Both the position numbers and the translations under genes were made by a program. Of a stretch of DNA of 64,000 nt, positions 48,947-58,425 are shown in pieces. The notes beneath the pieces are model-generated. The model searched no databases. It was not told the origin of the DNA and saw nothing but the letters and a program-made list of their open reading frames with translations. Source of the DNA: a virus (lineage: Duplodnaviria; Heunggongvirae; Uroviricota; Caudoviricetes); the IMG/VR virus record IMGVR_UViG_3300009515_000001. One strand, given 5' to 3'. Numbering within the stretch: position 1 is the first letter of the stretch; each line of letters opens with the position of its first letter.

Positions 48947-51076
48947 TTGAGGCTGGAAAATCGTACAATTTTGATCGGAGATGTGATGGAAAAGATTAAA
49001 GAGATTCCAGACAGTACAGTTGATTGCGTTATAAGTAGCCCACCTTACTGGGCACTGCGAGATTACGGAACAGGAAAGTGGGTTGGTGGTAACAACCCTA
49101 ACTGTCAGCATGAAGCTATACGTCACAAAACAAGAGATGAAAGAAAATCAAATGCTTGGATGGAAGAAAAATTAACTGAAGGAACATACGGTGATGAATT
49201 CAAGTGGAAAGCAAGAAGATGCCCTGATTGTAACGCTGAATATACGGACTTGCAGTGGGGTTTAGAACCTGATTTCAAAGATTATTTAAAAAAATTAGAT
49301 GATTTAATGGAACAATTACGCAGGGTTCTAAAGGATACAGGTTCAATCTGGATTAATTTAGGTGACACTTACTCTTCTTCTGGTAGTGGAACAAACTCAA
49401 AAACCACTGGATTGCATGGAAAAGATTGCAAATGCCAGACATGTGTAGCAACTCATGGAACTTCTTATTATAGAAAGGGCTTAAACTATATTCAAACCAA
49501 AAGCAGGATAGGAATTCCTGAAAGATTTTACATAAATTGTATTGATAAGGGATTCATAGCACGTAATCATATTCCCTGGATTAAACCAAACGCCATGCCA
49601 AGTTCAGTTCAAGATCGTTTTACAAACAAATGGGAATCAGTTTTCTTCTTTGCAAAGAAGCAAAAGTATTACTTTAACCTAGACGCTGTTCGGGAAAAGA
49701 CTATCACTGAATTAAAGCCACCAAAAGAAAAAACAAAAACAAAACTGAAACCATTATTTGATAATACTGAAAACGAACCAGATCGAAAGATGTTAGATGT
49801 TCCTGGTCAACCAACTCATTCAATTCACAAGAGAAGAGAACAAGGATTATCAGATTATGAAGAAAAGGGAAATCATCAACCAGAAGGAAGATCACATTTT
49901 GGAACAGGATCAGACATCAAACAAAACATGTTAAAGGCAAGATTCAAACAAAGAGAACTAAACAAGGCACAAGATCAATACACACAAAGAATCCTAGAAG
50001 CTAGGGCAGAAGGAGCTGGACATGACAATCCACTTGGAAATCCAATGGGTAAGAATCCTGGCGATGTGTTTGTAGAACAAAATGATGATTCAAGATGGCG
50101 TAAACACTTTGATGAAAATGGAAATTGTTACGGTTGTGGGAAACATTATACAAAACATACAGTAAAAAATAGAGCACAGGGATCTGAAAATAGGGATCAA
50201 AGACAACAAGATGGGTACTGCTGGTGTAACCCTCAAGGAAAAAATCCTGGAGATGTAATCTACGACAAATCAAAACCTTATTCAGTTGTCGAAAGATTTG
50301 GAGAAGTAATTTACAGAAAACTTCCAGCTCACGATGCTTTGAGAGAATATCTAAACGAATCACGAAACAAAGAGGGAATTACAATAGATTACATTGAAGA
50401 GTATTTTGGCAACCAAGCAGGACATCATTGGTTTGAAAAAAACGGATCTTACCCAAGTGTTTCAGACTGGCTAAAACTGAAAAAACTGCTAAAATTAGAC
50501 AATACTTATGATGACCAATTACTAACAGAATACACAAAGCCAGCAGAAAAGCAGAATGATCCAAGAGGAAAGAATCCTGGTGACGTATTCATAATAAACA
50601 CAAAACCCTTCACATCAGCCCATTTTGCAACTTTCAACCTTGATCTTCCACTAAAAATACTGAAATGTTCATGCCCACAAAATGTATGCAAGAAATGTGG
50701 AAAGCCAAGAGAAGCAATATGGAAGAGGGCTTCCTTGCAGGATACAACAGATGAGTGTGAGTTAAAGATTGAAAAATCTCAATACAAACTTGGAAAATCA
50801 TCAGCATTACGATTGAGTGGCGGTGGAGATACGTATAACGCATGGAAAGCTGAAAACCCTGACGAGTTAGTTGGTTACACTGATTGTGGTTGTCATCAAG
50901 GGTATGAACCAGGTGTTGTACTAGATCCTTTCTTCGGTTCTGGAACTGTTGGAGTTGCTGCAGAAAAATTAGGATTAAACTGGATAGGCATTGAAATCAA
51001 TCCGCAATATGTTTCAGAAATTATAACAAAAAGACTTGATAAACACAAAAACGAAAGGATGACTGAATTCTTTTGA
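48947..51076 (+). CDS. beta-class (SPPY) N4C/N6A DNA methyltransferase, unusually long (709 aa), with triplicated GKNPGDV motif and a Cys-cluster insertion
   Basis: ILIGDVMEKIKEIPDSTVDCVISSPPYWALRDY (motif IV); HFATFNLDLP (HPAxFP-like); VLDPFFGSGTVG (motif I); three copies of G-K-N-P-G-D-V. Confidence 0.8.
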   Translation: MRLENRTILIGDVMEKIKEIPDSTVDCVISSPPYWALRDYGTGKWVGGNNPNCQHEAIRHKTRDERKSNAWMEEKLTEGTYGDEFKWKARRCPDCNAEYTDLQWGLEPDFKDYLKKLDDLMEQLRRVLKDTGSIWINLGDTYSSSGSGTNSKTTGLHGKDCKCQTCVATHGTSYYRKGLNYIQTKSRIGIPERFYINCIDKGFIARNHIPWIKPNAMPSSVQDRFTNKWESVFFFAKKQKYYFNLDAVREKTITELKPPKEKTKTKLKPLFDNTENEPDRKMLDVPGQPTHSIHKRREQGLSDYEEKGNHQPEGRSHFGTGSDIKQNMLKARFKQRELNKAQDQYTQRILEARAEGAGHDNPLGNPMGKNPGDVFVEQNDDSRWRKHFDENGNCYGCGKHYTKHTVKNRAQGSENRDQRQQDGYCWCNPQGKNPGDVIYDKSKPYSVVERFGEVIYRKLPAHDALREYLNESRNKEGITIDYIEEYFGNQAGHHWFEKNGSYPSVSDWLKLKKLLKLDNTYDDQLLTEYTKPAEKQNDPRGKNPGDVFIINTKPFTSAHFATFNLDLPLKILKCSCPQNVCKKCGKPREAIWKRASLQDTTDECELKIEKSQYKLGKSSALRLSGGGDTYNAWKAENPDELVGYTDCGCHQGYEPGVVLDPFFGSGTVGVAAEKLGLNWIGIEINPQYVSEIITKRLDKHKNERMTEFF

Positions 51077-51333
51077 AGCTTGTGATCGCACTTTCAGTTT
51101 TACTTGTAGCAACATTAACAGCCTTAGTTTTAAACACAAACTTTTCAGAAAGTAAGATCTTAAACCCTGATCGCACTTCTTATGTATTACCAGATTGGGT
51201 AAAACATAATGCCTATTGGTGGTCACAAGACATGATCAGTCAAGAAGAATTTTCATTTTCAATAGAATACTTATTTGAGGAAGGAATCATTAAAGAATCA
51301 AAATGTGTGGGGGAATGTATTGGTGAACATTAA
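51073..51333 (+). CDS. N-terminally anchored small protein
   Basis: ORF track. Confidence 0.4.
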   Translation: MKLVIALSVLLVATLTALVLNTNFSESKILNPDRTSYVLPDWVKHNAYWWSQDMISQEEFSFSIEYLFEEGIIKESKCVGECIGEH

Positions 51334-51550
51334 TTTTAGAAACAAATGTAAAATTTGCACAAATCCTGATGAAGATCTTTCAGTACTGTGGAAATTTACA
51401 GATAAAGATATTAGAAATCTTTGCGTGAACTGTAAAGTAAAATTTTTAGAAATACAGCCATATCTTGAAGAACAACGAGAGAGGTTAATAAAAGCATTGG
51501 AAACAGAAATACAAAAAAGAAATATGGGGATTGGACCACGAGATGACTAA
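51275..51550 (+). CDS. small zinc-ribbon protein (start probably internal)
   Basis: CKICTN...CVNCK. Confidence 0.4.
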   Translation: MRKESLKNQNVWGNVLVNINFRNKCKICTNPDEDLSVLWKFTDKDIRNLCVNCKVKFLEIQPYLEEQRERLIKALETEIQKRNMGIGPRDD

Positions 51551-51624
51551 AAATTTAGATGAACTTTGTATTTTTTCAGACTTTGAAAAAGAATGGATAA
51601 GAGATCAAATGGAGAGCAAAAAAA

Positions 51625-52050
51625 TTGAAGAGTGATCAATTATACAATCTAATTACAAAAATTGTTGTATTTACACTTGTAATTGGAATTACAACGTTTC
51701 TTTTTTTGGATTGGTGGTTATTTCCAATATCAGAAGCTTTCAACTATACCTATGACTTTCTAAATGATTCTAACTACATGGAATTATTTGCAGAACAAAA
51801 GGCTACCCAAATCAACGAAGAACTGCTATCTGATATTGAAAGTGGTATTGAAATTGATGACGAGTATGCACGTAATTTCTGGATAAATGCAAGAGAAGAA
51901 GCTGGTAACTCAATTCATGGATTTTTTTTGTTTCTGTTTGCTCCCTGGATTGCGACAATTTGTGTAGGTTATTTTGCTTATAAATTCAGTTGGAAATCTT
52001 CTGAAAAGATCAATAAGTTAATTCTAAAATACATGGGTGATAAAAAATGA
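51625..52050 (+). CDS. membrane protein
   Basis: ORF track. Confidence 0.45.
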   Translation: MKSDQLYNLITKIVVFTLVIGITTFLFLDWWLFPISEAFNYTYDFLNDSNYMELFAEQKATQINEELLSDIESGIEIDDEYARNFWINAREEAGNSIHGFFLFLFAPWIATICVGYFAYKFSWKSSEKINKLILKYMGDKK

Positions 52051-52149
52051 GTTTTGCAGGTGCAATAACAGCGGCTTTACTTCACATGGAAAAAATGAAA
52101 AAACTTCGTAAGAAGAAATTAGAATATCAGATCCACAAGACAATAACAC

Positions 52150-52893
52150 ATGGAGTGTAAACTAATGTCAAAAACTGAAAAAGCTGTGCTAAGAAAAGTA
52201 ATTGAAGCTTACACAAGAGATGTGGGAAGGGGAGTTTGCAGGTTAGATTATGACACTATGGACATGCTAGATATTGCAACAGGTGATCCGTTAAAACTAA
52301 AAAACAAGGATACGGTCACTGGTGCAAAGGCATTACCACTTTATCCATCAGACGAAGGAAAGGATATTGTAAGAATTGATGGTTTGTTAAGACAGAATCT
52401 TCATGTTCAAGTAGGACTTCCAATAGAAATTACAAAGACAGAAGCTTCACCAGCCCAAGAATTAACACTATTCCCACTTCGAGAGATCCCACCATTAGAA
52501 GAAAAATACATAGCTGATGCTTTGGAAAGTGTTCCTGTAACCAAAAATGATATTGTCAACGTTCCTTATTTCGGGGGAAGATTAGAGTTTAAAGTTAAAA
52601 AAACAATACCAAACGGTATAGTGGTTATTACACAAGTGACTAAAGTAAACCTAATCATTGAAGATCTTCCTGACGAGTTGGATGATTATGAAAAATATAT
52701 TACAAGAGAGAGAAATAAATTATTACGTGATGTTAAAAAACAGATCAAAGATTCATTAGTAAAGAAAGATTTTGCAAGGATACAAGAACTTTCATCATTT
52801 TATGAAAAAAAGATTGATGATTTAGAATCAACATGGAGGATTGCAAGACACATCTTACAGAAAAAAGAAGATAGTGATAATAATGTGTCCTAA
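52150..52893 (+). CDS. stand-alone CDC48/VCP N-terminal-domain-like protein (double-psi barrel) without AAA modules
   Basis: VIEAYTRDVGRGVCRLDYDTMDMLDIATGDPLKL...GKDIVRIDGLLRQNLHVQVGLPIEI matches the CDC48_N pattern. Confidence 0.55.
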   Translation: MECKLMSKTEKAVLRKVIEAYTRDVGRGVCRLDYDTMDMLDIATGDPLKLKNKDTVTGAKALPLYPSDEGKDIVRIDGLLRQNLHVQVGLPIEITKTEASPAQELTLFPLREIPPLEEKYIADALESVPVTKNDIVNVPYFGGRLEFKVKKTIPNGIVVITQVTKVNLIIEDLPDELDDYEKYITRERNKLLRDVKKQIKDSLVKKDFARIQELSSFYEKKIDDLESTWRIARHILQKKEDSDNNVS

Positions 52894-53196
52894 CTGCGTT
52901 TGGAATCATAATAACAAAATCGATATAGAAAAGTCTGGTCACTGCAATTGCAACTGTCATCGCATGGGCGGTTTTGGTTTAAAATGACTGAAAATATTAC
53001 AAAAAATGTTTGTAATGATTTCCCATTTTGTGATTGGGAATGTTTAGAATGGAAAAAGAATGATGGAGTATTAACTAATGTCAAAAACTGAAAAAGCTAT
53101 GACCACATCCCTTATTTTTTGTTATTTCTGTATGGAGTTCAAATTATTAACCTATGATGAAATTGAAGAACATTTCTTTAATCACTGGTGTAAAGT

Positions 53197-53379
53197 ATGA
53201 ATCATTACCTTAGAATACCGACCTGGACATGCCCCAACTGTAATTCAGAAAAAGAGATACCATTGTTCTGTAAAGAGTGCGATCTTTGGATTTGTAGTGC
53301 ATGTTGGCTTGACCACGATGTTAAAATGATGAAACAAAAAGGCTTGTTAGTTTGTCCTTGTGGAGAAAAACATGGATGA
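53197..53379 (+). CDS. zinc-finger protein
   Basis: CPNCNS...CKECDLWICSAC...CPCGEKHG. Confidence 0.4.
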   Translation: MNHYLRIPTWTCPNCNSEKEIPLFCKECDLWICSACWLDHDVKMMKQKGLLVCPCGEKHG

Positions 53380-53653
53380 ACGTCAGAAGAATAACGCAAA
53401 AGCAATCATAGCTTCAGTAGTAACCATTGTATTTTTGTATGGTTTGGCGTTTGTATTTCTAGTTCCAATACACGAACATCAGACACAAAAATTAATTGAA
53501 GAGAACTGTCCAGATGGTTTGGAAAATTGCGGATTAATAATTGATCCCTCACCAATATGGATGCTTTTGGGTATGCCAGCAGTAATTGTTTACTTTGTGA
53601 CATTCAAACACTTGGAAAATAAGCGGTTCAAAACATGGAGTTCGTATAGATAA
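53360..53653 (+). CDS. membrane protein
   Basis: ORF track. Confidence 0.4.
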   Translation: MEKNMDERQKNNAKAIIASVVTIVFLYGLAFVFLVPIHEHQTQKLIEENCPDGLENCGLIIDPSPIWMLLGMPAVIVYFVTFKHLENKRFKTWSSYR

Positions 53654-53859
53654 TGGGTATCGAACTTAATACAGATTCTTCAGGTTCAGCTGCAGGTTCA
53701 CTAAACGAAGGATTTGGTGGCTTTAGCGGTGGTTTGAGAAGCATTTTGGATTTCTTTTACAACATTGATCAGGCATTTGATGGTATGGTCACATTCCTAA
53801 AGGGAACGTTTCTTGGTTGGGAGAACATTGAATTTCTATTTGGAGTGTTTTTGTCTTGA
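53653..53859 (+). CDS. small Gly/Ser/Phe-rich protein
   Basis: ORF track. Confidence 0.35.
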   Translation: MGIELNTDSSGSAAGSLNEGFGGFSGGLRSILDFFYNIDQAFDGMVTFLKGTFLGWENIEFLFGVFLS

Positions 53860-54071
53860 AGGAACACCAAAAAATTACGCAGGAAGATATGGATCATCTT
53901 GTAGAAATTGCAGATAATGATCCAAAATTCAAAAAAACATTAAGAGAGTTGGATCAGCTTGCAAATGCAAGGGGATTAAATCTAAACGAGGTAATCGAAA
54001 CAGCATGTGCATTATACTTGGTAAAGCAAAAAGCAAAGGAGTGGAATAATGCCAGAAGAAAAACCATATAA
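53856..54071 (+). CDS. small helical protein
   Basis: ORF track. Confidence 0.4.
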   Translation: MKEHQKITQEDMDHLVEIADNDPKFKKTLRELDQLANARGLNLNEVIETACALYLVKQKAKEWNNARRKTI

Positions 54072-54419
54072 GAAATTAAGTTCATGTCACTATCGTGTAT
54101 CTAAAAAGAAGATCTGTGGTTCTAAAGATTTGTGCAGACATCCAGGCTGGCCTACTCTATGCAAAAAACATTGTGAGATGATGTAAGAGGCGATGAAGAT
54201 CTTTGGTTGAATGTCCTAGATGTAACACTAAAATGGAAAAATATGTAGCATGTGAACTTAGGTGTCCTAATTGCAAGGGATTAGTTGATTGTAGTGATTT
54301 ACTATGAATTCAATTTTACACTGTCCGATCTGTCAAGAATCTTTTATTTTACAAAAATATCTAAAAGCTCACATCACATCAAAACATAAAGACGACAAAT
54401 TTTTACAAGATAATTAGTC

Positions 54420-54827
54420 ATGGATTGCCCTTATTGTAGTATGCCATATCAAGAATGGCGGATGGATGAAGTAATTTCAAAGAACAAATTATTTGATACA
54501 AATCTAGGTATTTGGCATGATTGTAAAAAATCACCAGAAGCTAAAAGAAAAAAGAAGGAACAGGAATTTAAAAAACAGCGTGAAAAGGAACTACTTGAAA
54601 TGAGAAAAGAAAAAGTTAGGAAGCTAAAAACTCCTGTTTTTTGCCACGCATGTAACAAAGCCTTCAGACCAAAAGAACCATGTAAGCACATGATAGCTGA
54701 TGGTTTTGAGATCGGTGTTGATGGCGGTGATTTTTATTCAGATACATTCAAAGCTATTGAACGTAGAAAGTATTTAAAAAGTAAAATGAAGGAGAAGAAA
54801 AGAATGAAGATGGAGAACTTCTTCTAA
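54420..54827 (+). CDS. zinc-finger plus basic coiled-coil protein
   Basis: CPYCSMP...CHACNK...CKH. Confidence 0.5.
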   Translation: MDCPYCSMPYQEWRMDEVISKNKLFDTNLGIWHDCKKSPEAKRKKKEQEFKKQREKELLEMRKEKVRKLKTPVFCHACNKAFRPKEPCKHMIADGFEIGVDGGDFYSDTFKAIERRKYLKSKMKEKKRMKMENFF

Positions 54828-54863
54828 CAATATGTTTATATCATAAAAAAGTAGAGGGTTTTT

Positions 54864-55127
54864 GTGGAACAGATCGATATTATGGACATCAAAAAGGGGC
54901 ATGAAACAAAATTCTTCGATCCAGAAAACAAGTCTGACGTAAACAAAATGATGAAATTAATTAAAGAAAAAATAAGTCAAGGATATTATTTCTATGCGGC
55001 AAAAAAGAATGGTGAATATTATGTTGTCAATAAACCAAGTGAAATCAAAGATAAAGATCTAGAGAAGTTTCTTCTAGCAAAACAATCCAAGAAAAGACTG
55101 ATCACCCCACCAGTAACAGGTGGTTAG
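54864..55127 (+). CDS. small protein
   Basis: ORF track. Confidence 0.4.
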   Translation: MEQIDIMDIKKGHETKFFDPENKSDVNKMMKLIKEKISQGYYFYAAKKNGEYYVVNKPSEIKDKDLEKFLLAKQSKKRLITPPVTGG

Positions 55128-55409
55128 ATGAAAGTATCGGTAGAACTTGGTGAAGATGTAATTGAAATAAAAAAAGCAAAGGTATGTTGTATTAAGGAAT
55201 GTAAAGAATATGCGACTGAAAATTTATGTAGTTTAGGTATGTGTAAAAAACATCATAATCAAATGAGGGATTAAAAATGGCACACATGACATGTAAGATG
55301 TGTTTGGATGGTAAACACGATAACTGTTCTCTTGATAAAGCCTGTTATTGTAATCAGTTAAAACACCCAGCAAACATCTTAGAAATCTTAGCAAAGGAGA
55401 TCTAATCAC

Positions 55410-56435
55410 ATGTTTGACTGTAAAAGAACTTGGCCTCTACAAAGGCCAAAAAAGAAGGATGATTTGGCCTCTACGAATCAAGTAATGAAAGTCAATAAAG
55501 AGGTTCACAGCATTATCAGTGACAACGAAGAAACGTTATCAAGAGATAGTAAAGAAAATGGTTTCATTTTAATGCGAAATAAAACACCAGCTCAAACTCC
55601 TTTGGGAAGTTTACAACCACAGACTAGATCCAGGTTTCAAATATTTGATGAGGGTGGTCATTTTAAAGATGGTTTTGATGTGTATGATCGACAAACAAAA
55701 CAACGTCACAAAATTGATTTTGCTTTTTGTGGAAACGATGAAAATCAATGTGCAACATGGGATTTTGCACCATTATGTGAAATGAGAGAAGTTGATGGAA
55801 TAGGGTTCAATAGTTTTAGAACTAGATTACATCAAGATGATCTTTTCGTAGAACAGCAATTACGAATGAACAGACGAGAAAATATCTTTCATCAAGCTGG
55901 TATTGGGAAGGGAGTAACAGACAACGGACTTCACATGTTCGGTGGTCAGTTCCAAGATCCAATAACAAAAACCAACTTCTTTATGACTTCTGATGTAAGA
56001 TATGGTAAAGATCCACCACCATTATTACAAAGATTAGAATATCAAATCAATCCAATCTTCAAACCACTAATAAGAAAAACTTACAGTACAACAAGATGGA
56101 TTAACAAATATCTAAAACTAAACAGATCCCCTGATGAAATTCTAAGAGAGTTTGCTGAAAAGAAATCAAAAACATTACTAAAATCCTGGTTAACTGAAAA
56201 AGAATATGATTCATTGATGACTCTAGGAAAGATGGAGATCTATAACGATGATGAGATCTTCATTGTAAAGAAGAATCCACACGACACCGTTCTTGTAAAG
56301 AAGGGAGATAAAAAAGAAGAGTTCTGTATAATACCCAAAAACTTTGGTTATGCAAGTGGTGATATATTATTAACAAAGGTAATGATGATTAAGACTGATC
56401 CATCTAACTTCAAAAAGGTAGCGATTAAAAGATGA
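55410..56435 (+). CDS. hypothetical protein (341 aa)
   Basis: ORF track; no motif recognised. Confidence 0.55.
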   Translation: MFDCKRTWPLQRPKKKDDLASTNQVMKVNKEVHSIISDNEETLSRDSKENGFILMRNKTPAQTPLGSLQPQTRSRFQIFDEGGHFKDGFDVYDRQTKQRHKIDFAFCGNDENQCATWDFAPLCEMREVDGIGFNSFRTRLHQDDLFVEQQLRMNRRENIFHQAGIGKGVTDNGLHMFGGQFQDPITKTNFFMTSDVRYGKDPPPLLQRLEYQINPIFKPLIRKTYSTTRWINKYLKLNRSPDEILREFAEKKSKTLLKSWLTEKEYDSLMTLGKMEIYNDDEIFIVKKNPHDTVLVKKGDKKEEFCIIPKNFGYASGDILLTKVMMIKTDPSNFKKVAIKR

Positions 56436-56594
56436 GTGGTGGACAAATTGCATGGTTTGTATTTATGTCCAAACTGTAATGCAAAAATGCAAAAAATTAG
56501 CGTAACAAATTATCGATGTCATGTTTGTAGATTGGAATGGAAACTTACTGAATGGGTGGATAAAAAATGAATAAAAAAAGGGGTTAGATTTCTA

Positions 56595-56924
56595 ATGATT
56601 ATGAACATGTATGATTACAAATTAATGGAAAAATTAATCACCGTTGCAAAGATGCACAACGAGTTAGATCAAGTAAAGGAACGCTTGGAAGCTAGAGTTT
56701 GGTGGGATGATGGCTTTAAGGCATTATTTGACATGGTTCTAAAAGACGTAGAAAAAAACGAAACAGATCCACATACCCCGATAGATCCACATCATTTTAA
56801 CTCAATGCAGTTCAAAGATTCAGAAGCTGTAGATGGAGAAGCTAACAAAATCAAGGTGAATCGTTATGTTAGATCTTGTCTAAGGATAGTTACAGATTAC
56901 ATGGATAGGAAAGAAAATGGGTAA
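56595..56924 (+). CDS. small protein
   Basis: ORF track. Confidence 0.45.
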   Translation: MIMNMYDYKLMEKLITVAKMHNELDQVKERLEARVWWDDGFKALFDMVLKDVEKNETDPHTPIDPHHFNSMQFKDSEAVDGEANKIKVNRYVRSCLRIVTDYMDRKENG

Positions 56925-57426
56925 GTCAGGTTACAGTGGATTAGTTATAATCTGCATGGTTTGGAGTATTTACTTCGGTTTTATTGCTATTGGAAACAAC
57001 AGTGGTTACAACTCTTGTATTGAAGATCCAATAAAGTTTTTTGAAGAAAATCCAGACATGAATGTTTTTGGAATGTGGGATCTAAATGAGTGTATTGATT
57101 TTAAGGATGCTAGAGATCTCTTCTTATTATTGTCAATGCCATTTGTTTTCTTGGCCTCAATCAAACAACAACATAATGTATGGAATAATGATAAGAAAGA
57201 AAACCTAAAAAAATACAACCCAACTCAACCGTTAATGTTCTATATCCTAATAATGCTAATTTCTGCAATTTGTTTCATTGGTGGAATTTGGTATTTCCTT
57301 CAAATGCAAGGTGACGATTGGCTTTTGATAATTGGAATATTTTTCCTGCCACTGGTTGCTGGTGGAATATTCACAAGTGCATTGAAGAGATATTGGGCTT
57401 TGAAAGAGCAAAAAGTTTTCAGATAG
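56917..57426 (+). CDS. polytopic membrane protein
   Basis: ORF track; 4 TM. Confidence 0.5.
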   Translation: MGKSGYSGLVIICMVWSIYFGFIAIGNNSGYNSCIEDPIKFFEENPDMNVFGMWDLNECIDFKDARDLFLLLSMPFVFLASIKQQHNVWNNDKKENLKKYNPTQPLMFYILIMLISAICFIGGIWYFLQMQGDDWLLIIGIFFLPLVAGGIFTSALKRYWALKEQKVFR

Positions 57427-57448
57427 ATATAAGTGATAAACAAAATAT

Positions 57449-57462
57449 TTCTTTTAAATAAG
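57449..57462 (+). promoter_or_regulatory. TTCTTTTAAATAAG promoter box with no ORF downstream; precedes hairpin-rich 57487-57563 segment
   Basis: Exact motif copy. Confidence 0.45.
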
Positions 57463-57556
57463 CAAATAACGTAACATTTTGTAATTGGTTTTAGGGGAGA
57501 ACCAACATGTGATCTTCAAAAAAGATCCGACACATGGGTGTTAATCACCCATTTTT

Positions 57557-57570
57557 ATCTTTTAAATAAC
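57557..57570 (+). promoter_or_regulatory. ATCTTTTAAATAAC promoter-box variant upstream of 57575/57590 start
   Basis: Motif variant. Confidence 0.4.
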
Positions 57571-57574
57571 TGGT

Positions 57575-57790
57575 ATGTCTAGTAAAAACATGAGTGGGGT
57601 AATAGATCCAAAGGTAAGAAAAACAGTTACAACTGGTGCCAAAAACCTGAAATTAACTCCGCCTGGAAGTACTGGTAGTAATTTAGGTTCTGTTCCAATG
57701 TCAGATGGACCATCAAACAAGGCAACAAAAAGACTTGAGAAACGTTCCCAAGCACAAGAAAAAGCACTTAGAAGAGGATTAGGATTCTAA
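57575..57790 (+). CDS. small basic protein, ends RRGLGF (start may be ATG 57590)
   Basis: ORF track. Confidence 0.45.
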   Translation: MSSKNMSGVIDPKVRKTVTTGAKNLKLTPPGSTGSNLGSVPMSDGPSNKATKRLEKRSQAQEKALRRGLGF

Positions 57791-58228
57791 TTCAACTTGA
57801 TCAACATGGGAACAATTGCATTAAACCACGAAATAATTCAACAGATCTATTCTAAATTAAAGACACCAAATGAAAAAGCATTGTTTCTAATTCAACTTAA
57901 TTCGTTTTTACATTAATTTCAACTCTTAATTACTAGGTGTTACACCAATAAGACATGAAGAAATACACATTAAAAAAAATAGGAGCTACTAAAACAAAGG
58001 GAAGATTACCAACTGGAGGATTCTAAATTTGCCAAAGAGATCTAAGCCAAAAAAACTAAAACTTAACAAAGCCCCAAAAGGATTAATGACAAGTAAATCA
58101 CAGGACTTTTAATGTCAAGATCGAATAAATCCGCTTCAAATAGTGCAAGAAAAGCTAGTAGTCCAAAGTTCAAAGGAATCAAAGCAAATGCTGTAAATGG
58201 TAAAATGCCAAGAACGATGAAATTTTAA

Positions 58229-58242
58229 TTCTTTTAAATAAG
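58229..58242 (+). promoter_or_regulatory. TTCTTTTAAATAAG promoter box 20 nt upstream of ATG 58262
   Basis: Exact motif copy. Confidence 0.5.
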
Positions 58243-58261
58243 TGTTAACCCAATTTTCAAT

Positions 58262-58375
58262 ATGCCAGGTCTAACTAAAAAGGGCATGATGATGGTAAAG
58301 AAAGCTCGTGATATGAGAAAAGATGCCATGATGATGCGTAAGAAAGGTATGATGATGAAAAAGAAACGTGGATAA
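58262..58375 (+). CDS. 37-aa Met/Lys-rich peptide with three KGMMM/DAMMM repeats
   Basis: MPGLTKKGMMMVKKARDMRKDAMMMRKKGMMMKKKRG; promoter box upstream. Confidence 0.3.
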   Translation: MPGLTKKGMMMVKKARDMRKDAMMMRKKGMMMKKKRG

Positions 58376-58390
58376 TTCCACTTCATTTTT

Positions 58391-58404
58391 TTCTTTTAAA
58401 TAAG
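58391..58404 (+). promoter_or_regulatory. TTCTTTTAAATAAG promoter box upstream of ATG 58426
   Basis: Exact motif copy. Confidence 0.5.
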
Positions 58405-58425
58405 TAAGAATCAAATTAATTTTTA

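Noticed and set aside
49704-50843. Five short minus-strand ORFs inside the 709-aa MTase gene
   Set aside because: Fall within a motif-supported + strand gene.
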